From positions 159,488-223,487 of the forward strand of contig DAOMOX010000003.1 in NCBI GenBank assembly GCA_035444565.1: a stretch of 64,000 nt of DNA, in the 5' to 3' direction. How positions within the stretch are numbered: the stretch's first letter is position 1; each line of letters starts with the position of its first letter. This stretch comes from Candidatus Dojkabacteria bacterium. GTDB taxonomy: Bacteria; Patescibacteriota; Dojkabacteria; B142; OLB20. Below the pieces are notes generated by a model. It saw only the letters and a list, made by a program, of their open reading frames with translations. It was not told where the DNA came from and did no database searches. Positions 27,901-35,950 of the stretch are shown here, one piece after another. A program made the position numbers and the translations under genes.

Positions 27901-30427
27901 TTTGTTTATATCCTAAACTTGCTAGTGTTAATTTTTCCGCTTGACCTTCCTCTCCTTCTATTCCAGAGAAGTGGTTTTGCATCTGGGTAACTAATTCCTC
28001 AACTTTTTCTGACCTCTTAAATTCATTTTCAGACAATAATTTTTGTTCATTTTTAACCCTATATTCAAGTAAGGCATTTTTCTTAATATTAAAAACACTT
28101 TTTTCACTACTTTTTTCCCACTCTTCTTTACTAATTCCAGTATGTTCAGTAATTATCTCATCTAACCTTTTGTCAGTAATTCTAGCCTGATTCTTATCTT
28201 CTTCGGTTTTCGCTTCCTCAATTTTTCTAAACTCTGCTGATAAAGCATGTGCGAGAGATTTGATAGATTCAAAACGCTTATCAATTTCAGCTTGTCTTTC
28301 GGCATCATGCTTAGAATCTTCCCTTAAAGGTTGGATATGCCTATAGAAAGCGTCAGCAATTTTATATGCAGTAAACTGGTTGTTTTGTTGAATTCTAATT
28401 TTGTTGTATTCTTCTTTTTGTTTATGCTGAACCTCGTGGTTGATTGTCTCTTGTGTGCCAGTATGGTGAAATGTCATTATATAGTTCAAGTCTTTTGATG
28501 CAGCTCCATCTACATACCTTGCAGTACGTGTATGGGCTTCAGTTTTTTCTGTTGACTCTGCCCTATCGTTAAATCTCACTGTAAGTCTTTTCGGGGTTTC
28601 TTCTTCGATTCTCACTTCTTCCCCTAAACTCTCATCGGTTACAACCTTGGATGTTTCCTTTGGAATTACTTCCTCTACAATGGTAAGTTCATAGGTTTTT
28701 AATTGTAACGAGTATAAAAGTAATTCTTCAGAGGCAAATTTCAAACAATAATAGCCTTGTTCAGTACTGAGTTCGACCCTTGTTCGGTCCACTTGCCTGT
28801 CAGAATCACCTTCTTTCCCAAGCAGTAATAAATTATTTATATTTCTAGTAAAGGTGGTGAGTGCTTCTCCTTCCAATGAAGTCCCTGATGTTATGTCAGC
28901 AATAATATCTTTAATTATCGCGTCTTCTTTTTCTCTTGTTAGTATCTCCTGTTCTTCATCAGAAAGTTTTTCGGATACCTCTAAATACTGATCATACATC
29001 CTGGCTTGCTCTTCAATTGTAAGTGATGGTCGCTTTTCTTTAAAGTCCTCTTCTTGACCAGAATCTTCTTTTTTGGGCTCGATTTTTACATAATCTATTC
29101 CCAATTCTGTTTGATTGGTTGCTTTTCTTTGTTGATTAATTTTCTCTATGCCCTTTTTAAAGCCTTCATACTCAGTGATTATAAATCTAGAGGTGTTTTC
29201 ATTCCTTCTCCTAAAGTAATCTTTATATGCTTCCATTTGGTAACGGGCTTCCTGAAGATTTCTTTCAGTAGCACGATCGGCTTTCTCTGGAACAGTCAAT
29301 CTGTATTGCTTAAATAAATCCTCGATTTCTTCTTCGGTTACGATGTCGGTCGGATTAAGAGAAAATGTAAGACCCTCAATAGTTTCGTCTAATAGCTCTT
29401 GTCTAGCTTTTACTGCGGTCATATTGTATGAAAATATTATTTCCTCCAATATGTCTAATTTTTCTTTTGAATCTCTTTGAATATCTTCGTCACTTGGGGG
29501 TTCTTCAATTTCTGGTGCTTCCAGGAGTTCAGCTGATGTTTCTACGGTGATTTTTTCTGAAGCTACAGTCGATTCTCTTATTTCTTTGATATCTTCTTCA
29601 TGAATGTCATCTAAAGTTATCACATTTTTTTCTAGTGCTCTTCTAATATATGAGAATTCTTTTCTTTTGAAAAATTCTTCCATTTGTTTTGGGTCCTCAG
29701 TTCCAGTTAGTTTCCCAAATCTTTCTTTTAACTGATTCAAAGCGGCTGCACTTTTATCCGTATCTTCTGCTATCTCCTCCGTCTCTATCTCTTCAAGCTT
29801 TAATTCTGTTACATTTTCCTCTAATTCCTCATCAAAGCTTTTGGATTCCCCTTCTTTTAATTTCCTTTCTGCAGATCTGGCGAGTGCCCTACCAGCTAAT
29901 TGAACAGATTTAAATTCAACCTCATCTTGTTTTGACTGTGTAGTTTCCTGTGGTGCTGACTCTAATTTGGTTTTTGCTTTTCTAATTGCATCCATTTCTG
30001 TGGATGTCAGGGGTTCGTTTCTATTTAGCTTCTCTTGTGCTGATTTTGCCATTTGTTGCAAACCGCGCAGACCGAGAACGTATGATTGAAGACTTACGGG
30101 TAATTTGTTTCTGTCAGTTCCCTGGATAGTAGATGCGTTCTTTAAAACTAATTTCCCATTGTCATCAATTCGAATATTTGCACCAACTTGGAATTTCTTA
30201 CCTTTGCCATCAACTTTTGCTTTTGTGAGTTTTTCTATACTTTTCGCGACTTTCTCAGACTCCTTCGCAACTTTTTCTAACTCTTTTTTGGTTTTTTCTT
30301 TTGGTTCTTCTTCGATTTCTGGGATTTCTTTAGGTTTTGCATCATCAGGCTGAACGTCAGCATTTGGGTTGCCATACACTATGTCTTTCAATTCTTGAAT
30401 TCTATCCATGTGGGTTATCTTAATCAC
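24959..30427 (-). CDS. Giant 1822-aa hypothetical protein. It is highly charged (E/K-rich) and largely coiled-coil, with a C-terminal pair of hydrophobic helices forming a membrane anchor. It is the first gene of the operon.
   Basis: The ORF runs 5.4 kb uninterrupted. It contains acidic-lysine runs such as EEVKEEVKEEDKEEDKKEDKE. The C-terminal helices are WTVTAGVLASIFGGYV and AIGLLLADYFFIS. It has no nucleotide-binding motif. The reverse-strand ORFs inside it are artefacts. Confidence 0.7.
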   Translation of the reverse strand: MIKITHMDRIQELKDIVYGNPNADVQPDDAKPKEIPEIEEEPKEKTKKELEKVAKESEKVAKSIEKLTKAKVDGKGKKFQVGANIRIDDNGKLVLKNASTIQGTDRNKLPVSLQSYVLGLRGLQQMAKSAQEKLNRNEPLTSTEMDAIRKAKTKLESAPQETTQSKQDEVEFKSVQLAGRALARSAERKLKEGESKSFDEELEENVTELKLEEIETEEIAEDTDKSAAALNQLKERFGKLTGTEDPKQMEEFFKRKEFSYIRRALEKNVITLDDIHEEDIKEIRESTVASEKITVETSAELLEAPEIEEPPSDEDIQRDSKEKLDILEEIIFSYNMTAVKARQELLDETIEGLTFSLNPTDIVTEEEIEDLFKQYRLTVPEKADRATERNLQEARYQMEAYKDYFRRRNENTSRFIITEYEGFKKGIEKINQQRKATNQTELGIDYVKIEPKKEDSGQEEDFKEKRPSLTIEEQARMYDQYLEVSEKLSDEEQEILTREKEDAIIKDIIADITSGTSLEGEALTTFTRNINNLLLLGKEGDSDRQVDRTRVELSTEQGYYCLKFASEELLLYSLQLKTYELTIVEEVIPKETSKVVTDESLGEEVRIEEETPKRLTVRFNDRAESTEKTEAHTRTARYVDGAASKDLNYIMTFHHTGTQETINHEVQHKQKEEYNKIRIQQNNQFTAYKIADAFYRHIQPLREDSKHDAERQAEIDKRFESIKSLAHALSAEFRKIEEAKTEEDKNQARITDKRLDEIITEHTGISKEEWEKSSEKSVFNIKKNALLEYRVKNEQKLLSENEFKRSEKVEELVTQMQNHFSGIEGEEGQAEKLTLASLGYKQNEFTIENKSQEGGNKKNNRGDLDENAIESLATIRLLNNLVENPANKDKITKSTIVQWSNRLTRYDQLSSQSTLEFIYDLIYQDGHLGLKLPEYTPKVDKEEVKEEVKEEDKEEDKKEDKEHTAREYCDTTEKIYTNKIRSYAVRRLRVQAEREGWTDEQYQDRLKEIDDKINRVYSIYRSLLQNEDGLKPTTEEIGTERQVSTDKYDLSEAVDLRTHVGLLAKEDYVRYSFQKVETPVVGTIPIIGGIISKFFSESGLKPRDLAELGLTKDVRQINRNRLLPFGLEYTEIGKRLQSSRLFYKESDKARRERLGIDNLYGLEMKSLYEVIWRETLEAMTSHAQIQQNHAYLLAADRIGLLYFDGEGGQPGVYSKLEDIDKYYDANLFAEIDNSKGKMRTSLKARGYGDAEIDNILKGAFNPNQTLNGKSLPKDMQLRLGTVTDYWAGLTKQFRIKSVYTTELEMGTDEDFIQQGRTFDKISSAIMDAQLKAHEDDKTFTIRDVIDAVDAVEAIKPGGSLEDWKKQRRFVKINGKNLPLQDVKDYIQAYLLARTYEATATGVCGEREIVTIGGKAFEIIPGYYDTDELTKRKILEEIKQRTDPAQLQMRFDNLKTEIEAAQLEVDNAQAKLATITATTPATEEIAIREYYSRMIINRDNLREKISQLQAHSDPVTLMRHLTPQQSISLLELSPEDLPVTLRNETFRPDGSGKYLKDPHTKQYLVNDVTDIRTFKDIDTAIILRSSAGVGARKIKSFEGINKSTQVQNYGEIKQHTPGNKNDRSLPDSSGLMTNAIQDVVVERTKVLELYFYHQTMIKAAAQYKSEASKQKEKWVGFARFDQIARWTVTAGVLASIFGGYVNPEIAQIMSKAFLNPTAIGLLLADYFFISNKVTQIADLWSKRKVNAIKSEAELYNQESAFEQALSNPRFNSTRGRLRLAAAVKGAEDVLKQSALALDNVDVPDNRLQNVSSVIGDTAKSVTS

Positions 30428-30608
30428 CTAATTCTACCACAGAAGTGGTTTTTGGTGTTCTAAAACTAAAAATACACATTTATATCTTAAACTTTATTTA
30501 TATGTATAACAACATTTACGAATTTCGAATTTAACTAATGAACATTCTTGTTTTTTCTTATCAATTTTGCCACACTATAGATGTTACTTTAATTAGTGGT
30601 GAATTTTT

Positions 30609-32276
30609 ATGAATAATCCTGCGAATATTTATAATTCCAGTAATCAACCTAGTGCTGCGAACAATTCACAGGCTATGAATTCTAATTTGCAACAATTAAG
30701 TTCGACACAGGCTGACTACATTAATCAGTTCGTAGGAACCACACCACAATCTAGTTACCCACAAGCTCCAAATATGACGACACAGCCACAGCAACAAATG
30801 AACCCTGTAGCTCAACAACCACAAGTAAATCTTTCAATGAATCAACCTGTAGCTCAAGTCCAACAACAAGTGGCACCAGTACAAAGTTATGGAGGTCAAA
30901 ATTCACCTAATTTATATACAGATCAACTTCAAAATAATCCAAACCCAATTTCGAGTGAACCCATCAGTTCACCGCAACTATCTAATGATTATTTAAATCA
31001 GGAACCTGTTGATAATAGTTTGCTGAATACACCACAGATTCCTCCATACGAAGAATTCTCTGTACCAACCTTAAATGATTCATTACAAAATCAGCCATCT
31101 TCACCTATTGAACCTCAGATAAACTCAACTGAACAATCATTCAACTCTACAAATGTGCCAACTTCACAATTGAACCAATCGTATGGAAACCCTGCAACTC
31201 AGACAAATGTTATGCAACAGCAATACAATCCTGCGATTCCGCAAGATTATACAGCTCCAGCTCAACAAGTAAGTCCATCTACACTTAACACTTTGCCTCA
31301 GAATCCACAAAGTCCCGTCAATGTGGAGCCACAACTTATGGGCGCACAGCAAGTCAATGTAAATCAAGATTATGCAGAAAGATATTCAAACAGCCAATGG
31401 TTACCTACTCCACTTAGTCCTGCGAACCAGATGCAAGCTATGCCTCAAATGAACCAACAACAATACAATCCTGTTTACCAAAACCCTACTACAAACTTAA
31501 CAGTCGATAACGATTTCTCAGATGGAGCGAGTCTCGGAGATGATTCATCACTTTCAACAGGTTTCCTTCCTGCATTTGATGATAATTCAGATGATTCTAT
31601 GCTTCCTGCAACTAACGATGACGATGATGATGTCTTTGGTAATCTTGACGAACCTGATGATGTAATACCTTTTGGTTTTAGTGATTATGATCCTAATGAA
31701 CAAGTAACTGGAAGTCTTGATTCTTTAAGTGGTTTCGAATCGCAAAGTCTAGAGGAGGAAGCAAATCGTATTGATGTCGATTTCTCAGAATCAATGCCAA
31801 CTAATTCACAGAATGTTGGAGTTCTAACACAAGAACCCCAGAGAGCATCCGTGGCACAAATGCCACAAACTATGGTGCCAAATCAAACTGTGTCTGCAGT
31901 TAGTTATGCTGCTCCAGCTCCAACTTCTCAAAATCAAATGGAACCACAGGTTCAACAAGTAGCGATGCCAGTTGATTCTGAATTGTCTCCTACTGCGAGA
32001 TTAAACCAACTACTTGAAGAAGAGGAAAAAGCTGAAAAAGTGATTATGCAAAAACAGAAACAATCTGTAATGAAAGTTGCAAAATCACCTAAAATGGTTG
32101 AGCCAAAATCAAACATCTTCAAACAAACCAATGATGATGTTGCATTCCAAGGTGATATCCGAAATGAACTATCTGCCAAGAAACCCGCAAGTAGATACTT
32201 TATGATTATCAGTTTGATTATAATCATTAGCGTAATTGGCTTCTTGTTAGTACTCTTGGGTTTAACCCTGTTATAA
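30609..32276 (+). CDS. Q/N/P/S/T-rich low-complexity protein of 555 aa with a single C-terminal TM anchor (tail-anchored)
   Basis: The composition is extremely biased, for example QPQQQMNPVAQQPQVNLSMNQPVAQVQQQVAP. There is an acidic stretch DDDDDV. The terminal helix is YFMIISLIIIISVIGFLLVLLGLTLL. Confidence 0.65.
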   Translation: MNNPANIYNSSNQPSAANNSQAMNSNLQQLSSTQADYINQFVGTTPQSSYPQAPNMTTQPQQQMNPVAQQPQVNLSMNQPVAQVQQQVAPVQSYGGQNSPNLYTDQLQNNPNPISSEPISSPQLSNDYLNQEPVDNSLLNTPQIPPYEEFSVPTLNDSLQNQPSSPIEPQINSTEQSFNSTNVPTSQLNQSYGNPATQTNVMQQQYNPAIPQDYTAPAQQVSPSTLNTLPQNPQSPVNVEPQLMGAQQVNVNQDYAERYSNSQWLPTPLSPANQMQAMPQMNQQQYNPVYQNPTTNLTVDNDFSDGASLGDDSSLSTGFLPAFDDNSDDSMLPATNDDDDDVFGNLDEPDDVIPFGFSDYDPNEQVTGSLDSLSGFESQSLEEEANRIDVDFSESMPTNSQNVGVLTQEPQRASVAQMPQTMVPNQTVSAVSYAAPAPTSQNQMEPQVQQVAMPVDSELSPTARLNQLLEEEEKAEKVIMQKQKQSVMKVAKSPKMVEPKSNIFKQTNDDVAFQGDIRNELSAKKPASRYFMIISLIIIISVIGFLLVLLGLTLL

Positions 32277-32325
32277 TCTCAATAGGTAAATAACTTTTTA
32301 AGGCTTTATTGGCCTATATTTCGTA

Positions 32326-33282
32326 ATGTTAATAGATAAAGTAAGAGTAAATTTTGTATCTGGAGCTGGAGGAAGTGGTTCTGTTAATTTCCATAAGAGT
32401 GGGAAACCTGATGGCGGTGATGGTGGACATGGAGGAGATGTTTTTCTCGAAGGTGATTCAAATATTCACGATTTACGAGCGTTTAATGCCAAGAAGCAAT
32501 TCGAAGCAGGTGATGCGAATAGAGGTGCATTGAATAGGAGAACTGGAGCAAATGGAGAGGACTTGATAGTGAAAGTACCACTAGTTACTAGAATCTTCGA
32601 TTTGGAGGGAAATTATGTCACATCCATAGAAAATCATGGACAGAGAGAATTATTGCTAAAAGGTGGAGCTGGAGGAAAAGGAAATTACTATTTCCGTAAA
32701 GGACAGGTTCAAACACTCAAGAAATTTACACCCGGAAAACCAGGAAAAAAACTACAAGCTTTTCTAGAACTAGAACTAAAAGCAGAGGTAATTTTTATAG
32801 GATTACCTAATGCAGGAAAATCCAGTATGTTAAATGTTCTTACAAACTCAAAATCAAAAGTTGCCGCATATCCATTCACAACTTTAGAACCTTATCTCGG
32901 TGTTATGGACAATATCAAGCTGATGGACTTACCAGGATTAATAGAAGGAACTTCGAAAGGCAAAGGACTTGGGAGTAATTTTGCAAAACACGCAAAGAAC
33001 TCATTAGTTGTTGCTCATTTTCTGAGTTTGGACTCAGAAGATTTAAAGAAAGACTATGATTTAATTATAAAAGAATTGGAAGAAATTAATCCGGAATTGG
33101 TAGATAAACCCGAAATCTTAGTTTTAACCAAATCTGATAATTACAATAAAGAAGAAATTTCCGAGAAAATCAAAATAGTTAAAAAATTCCACAAGAATTA
33201 TGTAGTTGTATCGGTAATTGATGATGAATCAATTGCTAAATTACGTGATTTGTTTTTAACCGCATATGAAAATCTACACTAA
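32326..33282 (+). CDS. obg: GTPase Obg, short form without the C-terminal OCT domain
   Basis: The glycine-rich Obg fold reads GGDGGHGG...GGAGGKGN. The G1 motif is GLPNAGKSS and the G3 motif is DLPGLIEG. Confidence 0.9.
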   Translation: MLIDKVRVNFVSGAGGSGSVNFHKSGKPDGGDGGHGGDVFLEGDSNIHDLRAFNAKKQFEAGDANRGALNRRTGANGEDLIVKVPLVTRIFDLEGNYVTSIENHGQRELLLKGGAGGKGNYYFRKGQVQTLKKFTPGKPGKKLQAFLELELKAEVIFIGLPNAGKSSMLNVLTNSKSKVAAYPFTTLEPYLGVMDNIKLMDLPGLIEGTSKGKGLGSNFAKHAKNSLVVAHFLSLDSEDLKKDYDLIIKELEEINPELVDKPEILVLTKSDNYNKEEISEKIKIVKKFHKNYVVVSVIDDESIAKLRDLFLTAYENLH

Positions 33283-33823
33283 AACTGGTGATAAAGGCGA
33301 GACATCTCTTTATGGTGGAACCCGTGTTGCCAAAGATTCAGCTATAATCGATGCTATTGGAAATGTAGATGAATTAAATGCTTCAATCGGTCTTGCTATA
33401 TCGAAAATTCCATCTTTAAAAAAATACGCTGAAATTCAAAAAATTCTATTAGAAATTCAGTATCACCTATTTAAAGTTGGAGGTGATTTGGCTTCTCCTT
33501 TTGATATTAACCAAAAATTAAAACAAGTAAGAATAAGTGAAGTTGAGGTGGAATACCTCGAAGAAAATATTGATAATATTGAAAAAAAGCTTGAAACACT
33601 TCGAAACTTTATACTCCCTGGTGGAAGTGAGATTGGCGCGATTTTACACCTCTCAAGGTCGATTTGTCGTCGTGCTGAAAGAAGTGTAGTATATGCTAAC
33701 GAGGAAAATAAATTGAATCCGATACTTATTATTTATTTAAATAGACTATCTGATTTACTATTTGTACTCGCGAGATTTACAAACAAAAAACAAAATATTC
33801 CAGAAAAATCCTGGATAATATAA
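33266..33823 (+). CDS. PduO-type ATP:cob(I)alamin adenosyltransferase-family protein
   Basis: The N-terminus MKIYTKTGDKGETSL matches the conserved PduO/MMAB ATR start (YTRTGDxGxT). The length of 185 aa fits. Confidence 0.75.
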   Translation: MKIYTKTGDKGETSLYGGTRVAKDSAIIDAIGNVDELNASIGLAISKIPSLKKYAEIQKILLEIQYHLFKVGGDLASPFDINQKLKQVRISEVEVEYLEENIDNIEKKLETLRNFILPGGSEIGAILHLSRSICRRAERSVVYANEENKLNPILIIYLNRLSDLLFVLARFTNKKQNIPEKSWII

Positions 33824-33826
33824 ACA

Positions 33827-35950
33827 ATGAAAACTGCTCAAATTAATAAATTCTTTAATCCAAAGTCAATTGCCGTTATTGGCGCATCCCGTTCGAAAAA
33901 GAAAGTTGGAGGAATAATTCTCAATAATATTCTAAAAGAGAAATTTCCTGCAAAAATCTATCCAATAAACCCAAATGCTAACAGAGTTATGGGTTTAGAT
34001 GTATACAATACGATTCTAGATGTTCCCGAAATTGTTGATGTGGCAATTATTGCAGTCCCCGCAATGTTTGTGTATGAAATAATTGAAGAATGTGGAGTTA
34101 AAGGAGTCAAAAATATCATTATAATCTCTGCTGGTTTTTCAGAAACTGGTGAGGAGGGTTTGAAGCTTGAACTTAAGTTAAGACTCCTCGCGCATAAATA
34201 TCAGATGAACATTCTTGGCCCAAATTGCCTAGGAATAATAAATGCTCGTAAAAACCTCAACCTATCATTTGCTAACACACCTAAAAGTTATAGTAATGGG
34301 AAAATTTCGTTTCTCTCACAATCTGGAGCAATAGGAACTGCATTTATGGATTGGGCACAATCCAATAATATCGAGTTAAGTAAATTTGTTTCACTTGGAA
34401 ATAAATCCGATCTTAGTGAAATAGATTTCCTAAAATATCTCGAACAGGACAATGATACAGACATAATTCTTCTTTATCTCGAGAGTTTTGCAGATGGACG
34501 GAAATTTTATGAACTCGCCAAGTCAATTAGTCACAAAAAACCGATAGTTGTTCTAAAGCCAGGTAAAACTGAGGCAACTCAAAAAGCAATGGAAGCGCAT
34601 ACGGGATCAATTGCAACAAGTGACAAAATCATTGAACAGGCACTTGAAGCAAGCGGTTGTATCAGAGTGAGTTCGATTGAAGAATTATTCAACATAACTA
34701 AACTTCTCGCTTGGCAACCCATTCTGAAGGGAAATAACGTAACTATTATAACGAATGCAGGTGGTGTTGCGATTGAGACAATTGACCAACTTCAAGCCAA
34801 TGGGCTTGAAGTGTCACCATTACCAAAAAGCCTACAAGAAAGTCTATCGAAAATATTGAAAGAATCCGCAAGTACTCACAATCCTATTGATCTTCTCGGT
34901 GATGCACTTGCAAGTGATTACAAAAATGCAATTGAACAAGTTGTGAAAAGTAATTCTACTGATGCCATTTTGATTTTATTGACACCACAATTGATGACAG
35001 AGTCTCTAAAAACGGCAAAATTTGTGAATGAAATCGCTGATAAACACCATAAGGTTGTTTTAGCATCATTTCTTGGTGGTGAAAAAGTAAATGTTGCTCA
35101 AGCATTTCTAACAAAGGAAAAACTTCCTCATTTTGACTTTGCGAACGACGCAGCAAGTGTTTTAGGAAAAGTGTGGGGATGGAGAAAAAATATTCAATCA
35201 GAGTCAAATTCTCGTTTGTACTACCCTACAATCATTAACACTTCTCTTAAAGTTGAAAATAAAGGAGAAATGTTACCTGACGATGAGGCGAAGAAATTAT
35301 TAAATAAATATGATATTAAATATTTAAAAAGCGATATTTATAATGGACTTAAAGATCTCAGACGTAATGAATCGAAGATTAAATTCCCACTCGTATTGAA
35401 ATTATCACATCCCCAGCTTATCCATAAAACCGATATAAAAGCTGTTCGACTGCCCATATACCACAAGAGCGAATTGTCAAAGTCAGCTCTAGAGCTAGAT
35501 GATATCGCACGGAAAAATTCATTTGATGGCTATAAGTTAGAAGTCCAACCTTTTATTTTTCAAAAGCTGGAATTAATATTAGGAATTAATAGAGATAAGA
35601 ATCAAGTCATAAATTTCGAAGGAAAAGAATTTCTCATTTCAAAAGGATTTGGTCACACAATGATTGTAGGAGCCGGGGGAATTTATACAGAAGTATTGGA
35701 TGATTCATCACTTAGATTATTACCTGTAAACAGAAAGAATGCGATGGAGATGTTGAAAGAGATAAAATACGGTCAGATATTGTTTGGAGCCAGACGTCAG
35801 CATTACGCTTATCAAGCACTTCTCAAGATGATGGTGAATCTTTCCAAGATGATTGAAAAAAATTACAACATCAGGTCACTGGATATAAATCCTGTCTTTG
35901 TGACTCAGAATGATGCTTATGCAGTCGATATAAAAATATTTGTCGACTAA
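33827..35950 (+). CDS. Acetyl-CoA synthetase, ADP-forming (NDP-forming acyl-CoA synthetase with fused alpha/beta domains)
   Basis: The CoA-binding N-terminus reads FFNPKSIAVIGASRSKKKVGG. Succinyl-CoA-synthetase-like ligase motifs and a C-terminal ATP-grasp region are present. The product is 707 aa. Confidence 0.85.
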   Translation: MKTAQINKFFNPKSIAVIGASRSKKKVGGIILNNILKEKFPAKIYPINPNANRVMGLDVYNTILDVPEIVDVAIIAVPAMFVYEIIEECGVKGVKNIIIISAGFSETGEEGLKLELKLRLLAHKYQMNILGPNCLGIINARKNLNLSFANTPKSYSNGKISFLSQSGAIGTAFMDWAQSNNIELSKFVSLGNKSDLSEIDFLKYLEQDNDTDIILLYLESFADGRKFYELAKSISHKKPIVVLKPGKTEATQKAMEAHTGSIATSDKIIEQALEASGCIRVSSIEELFNITKLLAWQPILKGNNVTIITNAGGVAIETIDQLQANGLEVSPLPKSLQESLSKILKESASTHNPIDLLGDALASDYKNAIEQVVKSNSTDAILILLTPQLMTESLKTAKFVNEIADKHHKVVLASFLGGEKVNVAQAFLTKEKLPHFDFANDAASVLGKVWGWRKNIQSESNSRLYYPTIINTSLKVENKGEMLPDDEAKKLLNKYDIKYLKSDIYNGLKDLRRNESKIKFPLVLKLSHPQLIHKTDIKAVRLPIYHKSELSKSALELDDIARKNSFDGYKLEVQPFIFQKLELILGINRDKNQVINFEGKEFLISKGFGHTMIVGAGGIYTEVLDDSSLRLLPVNRKNAMEMLKEIKYGQILFGARRQHYAYQALLKMMVNLSKMIEKNYNIRSLDINPVFVTQNDAYAVDIKIFVD

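Noticed and set aside
17340-30427. Calling the six-gene operon a type IV secretion/conjugation system or a prophage module
   Set aside because: It has no VirB4/VirD4-type or terminase ATPase. It has no Walker A motif anywhere, no integrase, and no capsid, portal or tail signatures. Only the polytopic protein has a loosely VirB6-like topology. I kept it as unknown.
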